From: Felis catus
Lineage: Eukaryota
Direction: 5' to 3'
DNA: 64,000 nt
Assembly: GCF_018350175.1 (NCBI RefSeq)
Contig: NC_058369.1
Location: 111,352,001-111,416,000 of the forward strand
Positions 1 through 12,439 of the stretch are shown piece by piece (within the stretch, counting starts at the first letter, position 1; every line of letters starts with the position of its first letter). The notes beneath the pieces were generated by a model. The model was not told where the DNA came from, ran no database searches, and saw only the letters and a list, made by a program, of their open reading frames with translations. The position numbers were made by a program, and so were the translations under genes.

Positions 1-28
1 ATACCAGCAGCAGATCCACATGAACAAA
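1..28 (+). CDS. HDAC9: 3' end of HDAC9 coding exon 11 (truncated by window start)
   Basis: Bases 2-28 translate YQQQIHMNK, followed by the consensus donor GTAAGC at 29. This joins in phase 0 to [17 protein letters not shown] at 17955, giving the HDAC9 peptide [26 protein letters not shown] that I recall from the human protein. Confidence 0.93.
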
Positions 29-2716
29 GTAAGCCCCCAAGCCAAAGTCAAAATGTCATAACCACCAATGGGGGAATTTGGGGTTCTCTTCACTGATCGG
101 GGCACATGAGAGGAGAATGTTGGGATCTATCCATCACAGTCAAAAGGAGATCGCCATCCTAGCCCTCAGGGACAGCATCACAGTATCAGTATTTTCACCA
201 TGACTACAGTCACAGGATGCTTATGGCAAAATTGAGATTATGGATTAGTAAGGGCTTTCATGATTGAAGCCCTATCTTAATACATAAGCATACACAGGCA
301 CCTGTGTGCAGAGCCCCATTTTCTGGTATTGTAGAAAAGGCTTGAGGCAGAGTTGAATGTGGTGGATCGACAGCTCAAAAAGTTTGCACAGGTGCAGGCA
401 GATATGACAAGGTTAGCCAACAGAGTATGTCTCAGCAACTTGTATGTATCCATGTTGCGTTTATTTTTTAGTATGCCCCACTTCATTCCAAACAATGTTT
501 GAAGCAATTTCTAAGAAATATGTGGTAATTTTCTGGCAGCCTTATTGTGGCCAAAATGGAAAGCTGATGTATGTATCACACCACATCCTTAGGAGCTCTC
601 CTGCTGAGGCAACCACAAAGAAACAGTGATTACAATATGACAATATCAGACAGGCCAGGCCAGTAACATTTTCAGTGAATTCATAAGCAAAACTGGTCTT
701 CCCAGCTTTGCCACTACCGTCTGCTATGAGTTTCCAAAGCAGAGTCTTCTCCTTCCTGGACAGTGTTTTGGTCCTGGATGTCATAATTCTACCCAGTCTC
801 CACTGTTACTGTATCACCTACAAGTATCATGGAGAGAGGTTTTATATTAAGAATGACATTCTGTTTACTGATAGGTAGCTAAAAAGTGGCTTACTGTTTA
901 AAAGTTTTATTGTATCATGATGTAAACAAAGCAAAACCTCCTGGGCAAAGGTCAAATCATCTTTGTAATAGCATGTAGGAGAAAGGGGGTCTTTATCATG
1001 TGCTCACTTACCATGTGTTTATTGCAGGTAGGGTAGGGCGAGAGTTTTTCTCTTCTCTTTGGCCTCCAGCTTCATAAGGCAGAGCCATGAAGGAAACACA
1101 GGCTGAATACCATACTACTGAACAGAAATTCCTCCAGCCCAGCCCTTTGCTGCTTTCAAAGATGATGTGTATGTGTGTGGGATTGGGGAAATAGGACCAG
1201 GGGATAGATGGCGGTGGTAACTACCTTTCCTGCCATCTTTCATTCTACTGCAGACTATATTTCACTATATTGCTTATTACTCTTTATATATCATCAGATT
1301 GATGCCTGTTTCGTTGCTACCACATTTCTCTAAATTTATCAAATTATTTTGTATCAAATCAGTCTCACTGGAGGCAGTCAACTTCCTTCTTGTGTAGTGA
1401 CGGAGTACTTTTGATTTAAGAGTATATGTCTGCTATATTATGGTAGAGTTCAGTTTGTTTGTTTTGTGGTCTCTCAGCACTACTTATAACTACTGGGAAT
1501 TCCTGAAAGATTGTCCAGTGACCAGTGAGGAAAAATTTATGCAGAAAGAAAGACTGGGAATCCTACATTTTGCCTCATAATATTTTGATCTGGAATTAGG
1601 TTCGTTAGATTCCTGTTGATACTTTTAAGATTATTTGGGAATACATTTTTCATGACCTAGAGATGCTGGTGTTTCAGACTCAGTGGTATGCTAATAACAG
1701 AATCTTTATATTTTAGTATCACACTTGAGATTTTGACAGGCGGATGCTAACCTCAGTCACATGGAAGAAACTAAGATGAAAAGCAGGCATTTGCATTTGA
1801 GCAATGAGAAGAGCAAATCTTATCAGAGACCTTCTCCCATGTGGAGCTGATTCCTTGGAATCTGTTAAGAATTCTTCCCAAAATTAGAAACAAACCTATA
1901 CTCTCAGGTACATGTTTGTACAGTGGTTTGACTATTAAATCTTGTCTTAATTAGGCAAAATGAAGTCCAGAAAACTTCAAAGTACAAAGCTGATCTTTAT
2001 ATATTAACCCCTCTCAGCTTGGGTGTTTAGATTACTCAAGCAGGTCTCCAGTTGGCTTTTCTCCAAGTATGTATTCCATATGTTTGATCAAATGGCATAT
2101 GCACATTGGGTATTCTCCAGATTTTGAAAATATTTCACCTGCCCTCAATTGTGTGAGGGAACAGAGAAGAATCTTAAAGAAGAAAATATTGAATCTCTGA
2201 CCTATTCTGAAGTATTCACAATAGAACCATCAAGAAATGAATTGCTACTGTTCTCCCTTCCCCAGGAGGTGATGAAAACATTTATTTCACATTATGTGAG
2301 GGCCATAACTGAGATGCCAAAAACCAATGCGTTTGTGTATAATTATATATTTATGTGTATTCTAACCATTTTGAATACCCATTAATGAGAAATAACCACA
2401 GAAAATTTAATTTATGTCATTTTTCTTTCCTGTTAAAATGGATGAATCTATATTGAATCCATTCAAACTGGAGCCAAATAGTTGGCATCATAAAAATGTC
2501 CCTGCTCTTGAGGTACTTATGGTAGCAGGAAATACATGCTCACATAAAGACACTGGTATACATATACCCTGTTTGAAAATGTCCTTTTCTTTTGCTCCTT
2601 CAACTTTTTTTTAAGATTTAGAGAAGCAAAAATGCAGTGACAACAAAAGAAAAAATAAGTGTATTTGTCTCTAAACCTATAGCATATTAAATATGATTGT
2701 CCTTCCTGGCATGAAA

Positions 2717-2911
2717 TTTTTTTTAATGTTTATTTATTTATTTTTGAGAGAGAGAGAGGGATGGCAGAGAGAGAGGGAGAGAGAATCCTAAGCAGGCTGT
2801 GCACTGTTAGTGTAGAGCCCAGTGCAGGGCTTGAACCCACCAACCGTGAGATTATGACCTGAGCTGAAACCAAGAGTTGGATGCTTAACCGACTGAGCCA
2901 CCCAGGTGCCC
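2717..2911 (-). mobile_element. CAN-SINE (SINEC family)
   Basis: Poly-T/(GA)n tail followed by ...gactgagccacccaggtgccc, the reverse of the tRNA-derived head. Confidence 0.92.
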
Positions 2912-2922
2912 TGCTGGTATTA

Positions 2923-3152
2923 TTTTTTTTTTAATTTTTTATGTTTTTTAATTTTAATTTTGAGAGAGAGAGAGCGAGAGAGCACGAGAGCAAGTGAGGG
3001 AGGGACAGAGGGAGAGGGAAACAGGATTGAAAGTAGGCTCTAGGCTCTGAGCTGTCAGCACAGAACCTGATGTGGGGCTTGAACTCACATACTAGGAGAT
3101 CATAACCTAAGCCAAAGTCCACACTCAACCGACTGAGCCACCCAGGTGACCC
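2923..3152 (-). mobile_element. CAN-SINE (SINEC_Fc-like), tandem with previous copy
   Basis: ggctctgagctgtcagcacagaacc...gactgagccacccagg hallmark. Confidence 0.92.
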
Positions 3153-3823
3153 TCCCCCTAGTATGAAATTTTTAATGATGTAATTGAATTGCTAATCATC
3201 ATTAGAAGTCAAAGCAAATCTATATTTTTCAGAGTTTATATAATAATTGACTTATTAAATTTGGAAAGCTTTGTTGTATCTTACTATTATTTGAATCAAC
3301 CATTTATGAAAGCCGTCATTCCTGCTTACTATAACTATACAATGTAAATATTATTAATCATACTAAATAACTTACCTACCCATTGCTTGATACTTAAATG
3401 ACATTTACATGGGAAATTTGTGTGTCATAAGGATTAGATTATTTGTCTCATACAGTTATGGTGTAAGTACTTAATTGCTTAGCAGAAATATCCCTGGAAT
3501 GGGTATATACAGTATTTGTATTGTTATATTTACAAAATGGGGCAAGGTAGAAATGTAAGTGGAAAACCTGTCAGAATGAATTGTCTTTATACTCATCAGG
3601 TTGAATATTTTATTTTCACTGAAGGTATTTTGAGAAGTTTAACCATAAAAAAAATCATGGTTTACACTATTTGTTCTTTTGTTTTCTTGAGACATTTAAA
3701 GTATTCAGGAATGCATTAAACAATTTCTGTTGCTAAGGTATGGTACATTCATGAAACAATGACTTGTGGGCATTTTTTAAAAACCAAGATTCTTTACGCT
3801 AGTATCAAAAGAAGATTGATGTT

Positions 3824-4027
3824 GGGGCACCTAGGTAGTTCGGTCGGTTAAGCACCCAATTTTGGCTCAGGTCATGATCTTGTGTTTTGTGAATTTGAGC
3901 CCCACATCAGGCTCTCTGCTGTCAGCATGGAGCCTTCTTTGGATCCTCTGTACCCCTTTCTGTCCCTCCCCCTGCTTGTGCCCATGTGTGGGTGCTCTCC
4001 CTCTCAAAAATGAACGTTTAAAAAAAA
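3824..4027 (+). mobile_element. CAN-SINE
   Basis: ggggcacctaggtagttcggtcggttaag head, CT-rich region and A tail; target-site duplication (TSD) aaaagaagattgatgtt / aaaagaggattgatgct. Confidence 0.92.
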
Positions 4028-4856
4028 GAGGATTGATGCTTTGCCAGGTATCTTTTGTTTATTTACTGAAAGATAAAAATGGTTTCCAAAGCAAAATTTT
4101 CCCCATAAATAAAAAAAGGCAAACAAAAAAGTAAGAGGGTATTGGCAATTTTCTTTTGGGATAATTTTAAATTTGAATCTTGCCGCAGATTTTTCTGTTA
4201 AAAAAAAGACTATGATTAATGAAAACAAAACACACTGCAGTTTTTTTTATGATTTTTGAAGGAATATACCAATCACTGCCTAATTAATAGAAGGGCAAAT
4301 CTCTAGTTGTAACACTATCTGAATGATACACAGGAATTTTCCTGAGTGTCTTCAGGCATTTTTGTTGTGAGATAATCTGGTCTTGACCTCTGCCCCCTGC
4401 CCAATGGCATTATTCTTTAAATTGTTTCTCTGTTATAGTATGTATAGGATAGCATTGATGCACACTGAATAATTTCTATTTTAATTAGAATTGTTCTAAT
4501 ACCTATGTTTTTCATATTCATTCTATCAAAACCACATGAGCAGAAAATTTAAGAAATTTCTTTCTTCATTCAGTACTTATTTGAATGAAATACCAATTTA
4601 TTATGCATTTATCCATTTAGCAACTCATTGAATTCTTGCTTTGTGCCAGACACTATTTTAATCACTAAGAAAATGACATTCAGAGTCCTCATGGAGCTTA
4701 AAGTATGGGGAGCAAGGGAGTGAATTATTCAGTAAACGGTAATACAATGTGTTATGTACTAGGATACGGAACATGAGGAAGAAAATTGTTTTCATTGAGG
4801 AAGTAAAACTTGAGACTTGTTTGGTTACCTCCTTGGGTTCTTCTGTCCTTTTTTAC

Positions 4857-4857
4857 C

Positions 4858-4929
<72 letters not shown>

Positions 4930-4932
4930 TTT
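4857..4932 (+). repeat. (TTTC)n tetranucleotide microsatellite
   Basis: Direct reading. Confidence 0.97.
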
Positions 4933-6168
4933 CTCCCTTTGTAATATACTCTGTGATAAATATCTTATGCATTCCTATGACTGGACATCAGCCAACACTT
5001 TTTTTAAAAACCAAGATAAATCATGAGATGATATCTTAAATATGTCAAAGTTCACTGTAGATATAAGTATTTATTATATATTTATTACTATGATACTTAG
5101 GCATTTTGACATGAGTGCTATTTTATCATAATAAAAATGTATCTAAGACAAGATTAGTAAAAGGGAGGCCAAGCAGATGTCCTGTGTTGCCCTTATTAAA
5201 ACAGGTAGAAATTATGTCTGACAAGCAAGGCATGAATATAATTTTGCTCAAATGCAGGAACGGAGCAAATGGGGAGTTTTCATTAATTTTAGAAGAGAAT
5301 TTGACCGTTTATTTGAGTAATATCTGTTGTATTCTTTTTCCTGATATAATTTTCTAACAGAAATGTTATATATTCTTCATAACCCCTCATGATTCATACC
5401 TACTCCTTGTTCCCCATCATGCATCCACAGCAACCCAGGGGACTATAGTCTGTCATACCTGTGCTCACACACAAACATAGTGTGCATATATGTGTGTTAT
5501 TTTGTTCTTACAAAATATCCCCAAAGGTAGTTCTAAAATAAAACTATTTTGTGCACTGTTGAGCAAAGCATATGTTTTCCCAAGGAAATTTATTTGAAGA
5601 ACAAATGTAAAGATGTTACATTCCAGAAAGTTTATATTTTTAAGTCTCATGTCCTATTATCAAACAGCAAGGAAACGCTTTGTGTTAGCTTTATTTTAAT
5701 AAAGGTGATTACATCCATGGCTTCTTGTGGGAAGGTTAAAATTTTAAGTATAATTAGATGAGGATGATGTACCCATCTTTGCTTTTTGATGCACCTATTA
5801 CTCCTGGTGTATCTTTCATGCACTGTGGCTCTTCCTAGCACCTTCTCCATAGGTACCTTAGAGATAGGGTCTTTCACGTAATACCAGCTCCCTTTTATAA
5901 GTAGGACCCACTGTAAGCTGGGACACAATGCTAACCTTCTTATATGTACATTATTTTCTCAGACTTAACAACTCACTCTTTTTAATATCAAGAAAGTTAA
6001 TTTTAAAGGGCTTAAGTAAGTTGACCCAGGGGACAGGCTAGAAGTTGGCAGAACTAGACTTCTGACATAGGTTGTATGACACAAAAACCTGTCCTGAACC
6101 TAAATGTGTACTTACGATTTTAGTGTTGTTTTCTTCACCAAGCAGAAGAAAAGATTTCCTTTAAAAAA

Positions 6169-6501
6169 TTTTTTTATTTACTCTTTTTTACTTCTTTTTT
6201 TGATTTTTATTTTTAGCGAGTATGCGAGCAGTGGAGAGGGGCAGACAGAGAGAGAGAGAATCTTAAGCAGGCTCCAAACTCAGCACAGTGCCCAATGTGG
6301 GGCTTGATCTCATGACCCTGGGATCATAACCTGAACTGAAATCAAGAGTCAGACACTCAACTGACTGAGCCACCCAGGAATCCCTCTTTTTTTAACAAAA
6401 ATTTTTGTTTTAAGTAAGCTCCACACCCAACATGGGGCTTGAACTGGTGACTCCGTTATCAAGGGTCCCGTGCTCTACTGACTGAGCCAGTCAGGTTCTC
6501 C
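6169..6501 (-). mobile_element. Two adjacent CAN-SINE copies (~6169-6384 and a shorter, older-looking copy ~6386-6501)
   Basis: Two heads, ...ctgactgagccacccagg and ...ctgactgagccagtcagg, each with a T-rich tail. Confidence 0.85.
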
Positions 6502-7079
6502 AAGACAAGTTTTTCCTAATTTTATTTTTGCAAAAAAGTAGAGAACTTACAATTGAAGAGAAGGCAAACAAGCAATCAAACAAAAAAAAAGGGTGATCTT
6601 ATTTTATGTATTTATTTATTTTTGGTATTGGTTTGGATTTGCTGAAATGAAGAAATTTGTTTTCCTGACCTTACTTCCCAACTTTTCACACATTGTCCTC
6701 CCTCCAGTGACTAATTTGGAAGTTGATTTACATGGTGGGACATTCAGATATCCATTGGATATTAAAGCTTCCCAACAGTGCTGTGAGTGCAGTACAGCCC
6801 GACCATGTTTCATGCCTTTCTTGCATGCCGTAAAATCGTCATTTCTTTAGATTGGGCAAACATCTTCTCATAAGAGTTCTGAGCTGGCCTGATGCTGAAA
6901 GTCTACTGACTTCATCAAGTTCAACTGAAATGCAAATTTGGCATCTCCTCTCTGGGTGGTTGGAAAATGCCTTGTTTTATGTTTTGAAAAATGGATGAGT
7001 AGAAACTTGAACTGGGCTTTCATTTAGGAAAGTAGGCATTACCGTTGTCAGGTTTAATTTCTCTCTATCCATTTGACAG

Positions 7080-7312
7080 TATGTTTCCATGCAGNNNNNN
7101 NNNNNNNNNNNNNNNNNNNNNNNNNNNNNNNNNNNNNNNNNNNNNNNNNNNNNNNNNNNNNNNNNNNNNNNNNNNNNNNNNNNNNNNNNNNNNNNNNNNN
7201 NNNNNNNNNNNNNNNNNNNNNNNNNNNNNNNNNNNNNNNNNNNNNNNNNNNNNNNNNNNNNNNNNNGATGCTATTTCGACATGATTAGCCCAGTGTAAAT
7301 AGATTCGTGTAG
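7080..7312 (+). other. Candidate unannotated cassette/poison exon in intron 11 (acceptors at 7079 or 7094, donor AG|GTATGT at 7312/7313)
   Basis: Pyrimidine tract tttaatttctctctatccatttgacag, a second in-frame cag at 7092-7094 exactly where masking begins, a strong donor, and in-frame TAA at 7296-7298. Confidence 0.4.
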
Positions 7313-8769
7313 GTATGTGCTGAGCTTCAAAAAAACCACTTACTGCAATACTGGCTTACATCATCGTAGAGAATTCATATAGAACCATTTCACTACATAA
7401 TTACAAGTTGATGGTTTATAATATACAGAAAATGGCTTGTTGCTTTATTATTAGATGTGATGAAATCCGGTGTTTGTAAAAGAAACTAAATGACCATTTC
7501 AGTGGATTAATGTGTAACTTTCATAAACGTTCCCAGTGCTGCTTTCATAACTTGAAGACCANNNNNNNNNNNNNNNNNNNNNNNNNNNNNNNNNNNNNNN
7601 NNNNNNNNNNNNNNNNNNNNNNNNNNNNNNNNNNNNNNNNNNNNNNNNNNNNNNNNNNNNNNNNNNNNNNNNNNNNNNNNNNNNNNNNNNNNNNNNNNNN
7701 NNNNNNNNNNNNNNNNNCTGATGTTGATTCCAGGCTGTTCAAAGAGAGAGGAAAGCTAAATAATTTGGTTGTTTCTCAACCTTGACAAATAGTTTCATTT
7801 GACAGGATGAAATAATTAAGTCTTACTAAGGAATTTTTAATATAGCTAAGTGATTTGTGGACATGAAAACCACCAGTATGTAGCAGTCCCTTTGTTATAG
7901 ATTTTGGCTGCTTATAAAGTCCTGATTTTAGTTTTCTTCCCCTGTATCTTTCTGCCCTTTCTCTAAATACTTACAAAATCTCAGGGATTATAGTGACCCT
8001 GAAATGTCATATGATCTAGAGTATTCCCATTCCTTCAGGCAGAATTGCATCCAGGGCTAAGCTCCCATATCCAAAACGCACCATTACTCTCTTGCTATCG
8101 ACTGAGTTGTATCACCCAGCAATAAAAACTCACTTCTAAAAATAATATTCTGGCATGGAGTCATTGATGGTGTTCCACAATGTTTTATTAGCAACCACTA
8201 TGCTTCCGCATACTGAAAATGAAAATAAAGAAGGCCTGTTCTTTCCCTCGAATGGTTCATAGGCCTGCAAACAGATCATTCCAGTCCAAGATAGTTCTAT
8301 ATAATGCGTAGCTCATATGAATTGCAAAATCTAGAATGCTTGGTAACATTTCCAAGAGAAGTTTCTGATGTCTTGCAGAATTATTTGTTAGTTTTGCAAC
8401 TTTGGACAAAGTATTGAGCCTCCTTGTCCAATAATTCTCTAATCTGCACGTTTTAGAGGTTTATAGTGAGGATCCCATGAAAGGATGTACTGAAAGTGCT
8501 TTGTAAACATGGTGAGCACGACTGAAATCTTAATGCAGTATTTATATTCTTATTTAGCACTCATAGTTCCTTTTGTTTTTATTCTGCTAATGAAAACGGT
8601 TATCTGGAAGTGCTAAAATATCTCCAAGACACGCATTTCCTACTTGCCTCAATCTTGCATCAAGCTACTTTGTTGTAAACCAAACTACTAAATTTTGTTC
8701 CCGCTTGAGTCTTTGTAGTCATCATGAAGCGGACCTTTGATTTCTGTTTGGAACAGCATATATGTTAAT

Positions 8770-8965
8770 TATTGAATTATTTATTGAGGTGTAATTTACA
8801 CAGCAAAATATATTCCTTTTGCTGTATAATCCGGTGAGTTTTGACAAATGCATATTGTCATATAATTACCACAATCAAGATAGAGAGCAGTTACCTCACC
8901 TTCCAAACTTTCTTTGTCTTGCTCCTTTGTCATCAATTCCTACCCCTACCTCCAGCCCCAGGCAA
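8770..8965 (-). mobile_element. Old L1 3'-end fragment (L1M-type)
   Basis: tttattgaggtgtaatttaca...gagttttgacaaatgcata...cagccccaggcaa pattern. Confidence 0.65.
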
Positions 8966-9719
8966 AGTAGTTGAATTTTTGACCGTGTGGGAAACATAAA
9001 ACAAATAACAAGTATGAAGGATGGTATATTTTGAGAGCAAGCAGACATCAGCTCTAAATGATCTAAACCATAGAATGTTTAAGGAAGAAGGGCCATAAGG
9101 GATTATTTTCAGAGGTCATAGGTGGACACTCTGTGGACTGCTGTCGTTGGACAGCTTGGTATCTTAAGCATTTCAATTTTTTGTCAATCTTTAAAAATAG
9201 AAAGATTTCAAATGCAAATCTGATTTCTGGCATTGTCTGAAAAATTGAAAATCTGGCTACACCGGGGCCCACATTTCCATGTGGCAATTGTTTTCTGTGG
9301 TTTATTCTTGGTATCCATTTTAAATAGGGCTTGTACTGCTATCCAGATGACCAAAGCAAGGGTTGGCAAATGGGGAGAAAGGGAAATGTTTATCAGTCAG
9401 TTGATCTGAAGATCATTGGCTTTGAGATCTTGTCTATTCTGAGACACAGTCCAAAATTGCCAAGGGTGCCTTTCCTTAACTGTGCCTCTATTCATTGCCC
9501 TTAAAAAGCAAAGAAAGAGAACTTTGAAAGAAAGTGTACTATCAACTAAAGATTGGAAAGGGGACTTTTAGGGGAAAATCCTATTATGTAATATAAAAAT
9601 GCATAAAATGACATAGTGATGTAAAAGAAGGAAAAATAGGTCATTTGTGTTCTAGTTGTCTTGTAACACTCTCTTGCTAAACTTTTTGTGTTCTAAAAGT
9701 CAGATCTTTCTGTTTCTAC

Positions 9720-10280
9720 TTTTGCCTGCCTACATCCAATATTCTATAGCAACCAGAGTGATCATTTACAAATGCAAATCAAATCATGTTAAGGGCTTGC
9801 TTAAAACTGCCCAGTTGCTCCTTATTGTTCATAAAATAAAATCCAAACATCTTTTTGTGGCCTGCAAGGCTGTTGTGATCTGGCTCTTGCCCCTGTCACT
9901 GACCTCATCTCCTACTCCCTTCCCTTACTTGCTGAGCCTCAGCCATGTTGGCCTCCTTTTCAGTCTGTTGGGAATGCTGTTCCATCTCCAGGAGTTGTGT
10001 TATCCACTGTACTGTATGGTAGGTTCAACTTCCAGATCTGCTCATGACTTGACCGTGGTGTTGGAGCCCCTCTTAGTTTAAACCTCACATCTTCTGAGGG
10101 CCTTTCCTGCCCATACAAATGAGACACAGGCGCTCACCCCTTCCCCCATCATTTCTTACCACATTAAGTTCCAGTCTTCAATTGCTTACTTTCTGTTTCC
10201 TTTCCTGAGAGCCTGCCTGACTACTCTTCTCAGGATGTGGCATATAGTAAGTGTTCAACAAAAATTGTCAAATGAATAAA
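9720..10280 (+). mobile_element. L2 LINE 3' fragment
   Basis: gcaaccagagtgatc...aaatcaaatcatgt...aaaatccaaac, ending tggcatatagtaagtgttcaacaaaaattgtcaaatgaataaa. Confidence 0.7.
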
Positions 10281-12439
10281 GGGTGGGTGAGTAACTTTCT
10301 CAAACTCACTGGAAGGAGGAAATTTTCAGTATCCTTTCCAGTTCCGGGGGTTAACACTTACTTAAGTTATTGATATATTAGGATGTTTTGAAGCCAGAAA
10401 AGGGGTATTTTAATTGCATGCATTGATTTAGACAACCATTTGAAGTTATAAAGATAAACACGTGTTTATTAAGTATTCACTTAATCCCTGGATTAGTTTT
10501 ATATCTCTTCAATATTGGGAAGAAGGAATATTTTTCAGTTTAGACTTAATTTATGTGAATAATGAACCAATATTTAGAAAATATTTCTCTCTTGTCGTTT
10601 AGTTTTGGTTCCTCTGGTTATTTCCCTAAAATGCACAGAAGTGAAATGACATGGAGTATTTTGGCTTGAGGTAGAGTTCTTCTCTAAGTAGACCTCTTGA
10701 TTTGAAAACCCTCCAAACACTGCATGTTGTTTTTGAGAACAGTTGGTACATACCTAATCTATTTGTGATTTGAGACAGAATTTTATCATTGTTTTACAAT
10801 CTAGTTTCCTTGGAGCTTAAGGGAAAGGTTTCGTGTTCCAAAAGAAGAGTTTTGCATTTATTTAAAAGAAAAAACAAGAACAAAAACAAAAACAAAAACT
10901 TGTGTCATTGCCATTCCCCAAGTAAAATCTGTCTTACAATCTGAGGCAGAATAAGAAAGTGATGAGTTGGGTTGAAGGTCATTTTGCGTACTTTAATAAT
11001 CACATTCAAACACTTGTGCTTAATGGGTTGTTGACAATTTCAGAAAACCAGATGTCCATCAGAAACAGATTTACTCCTTTTACACTCTTGTTCTTAGTTG
11101 CCATCCCAAAACTAAAGATATTTGTGGGGACATAAAAGATCTCTGTGGGAAAAATTTAAAATATGGAATTGAAAGATACTTTGTTTGACAGCACTTATGT
11201 TGACTTTTAGGCTTGTCTCAATGTAACTTACACAGAGATGAGCTGAATGTGCTCATGTGTAAAGGTTAGCAGCACAGCCTTTAAATATTATTTCATTAAT
11301 TTTACATCATTTGCCAATAGACGAGATGATATTTAACATGGAATATAGAACATTGAAGTTTAGAGACTTGCTGTAATTATGATCCTAGCAGGGATTGATA
11401 AGAATGGAATTGCAAACTTAAGGTGTTAGAGATTTAGATAAATTATCATACCTGGTCCTTGGAATATCGGCATGAGTATGTATGAGTGTGTGTTACAAAC
11501 CCACAATGGTCATAGATTGCCTGCAACATTCTTAGTGTTCGGTACGATGGGTGTGCAATAGCATGGAGAATACAGGGAAACACTGACAGATGAGGAAGAA
11601 CACAGATAAAAGGAGAAGGAGAAGCACAGCCATCATCTTCCTCTCTGCTGGGTTCCCCACCAAAGTACCTCACCTGGTGTCAGATGAATGACACACGGTG
11701 TGTTTTACAGATGGGCCCTCAGCCGAGATTCGCACAGGTCTGTGCATTTATCTGTCACACAGATGTTTTGTCTTGTGTTTTGTAGCCAGCAAGGCAACAG
11801 CTCAACTTTGCTGGGGGATCACCTCCAGATGTTCAACCAAAGAGAGACTCTGCTACCCCACTGAGAGTGAGCAGACAGTTCCTCCCTGCATCTGGGGCCA
11901 CTCAGCGACAGTACAAATTAGAAAAGGGTTAGCCCCTACCATCGTTGTAATGGTCACATTTGAAGTTCAAAAACACATACAACACAACATAATCTGAGTA
12001 CTGAATGTCTTCATACATAGTCAGAAACTTACAAACAATGTCAAGTAATTTTTTATTTTAAAAATCTATAATAAGTTAAACCTGGCAGGCAAGTTTTCTG
12101 TGACTTTGGTTTGTAGATTTTTCTTGTTGATGTTAATTGCTAATTTTTCCACTCTGGCAAATTTGACTGCTTAAACAAAAACAGCTTTAGTCAAATACCT
12201 GGAAGAAGAAGTTAGGTTAACTCCTTCTATGCATTTGTATTTTGCAAAGCTGGTTCCAGGAGATCCCATTTATCACTCTTGTGTTTTGTGAAACTTCGCA
12301 AAGAGCACATTCTGTTTCAGAGATGGTGAAAAAACGGCAGTTATTGTTCATGTAGACCTTGGCATTTGCTTCATAACCTGGGAAGAAAAGTGTCAAAGCA
12401 CTGTTACTAAGCATCAATTACACTTTCAGGTATTTATTA

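Noticed and set aside
2400-2520. Exon-like segment ending ...cttgag|gtactt
   Set aside because: Poor acceptor pyrimidine tract, weak donor and no frame compatible with HDAC9.
9656-10081. 141-aa ORF, the longest N-free ORF
   Set aside because: Lies within an L2 remnant, has a non-ATG start and shows no recognisable domain.
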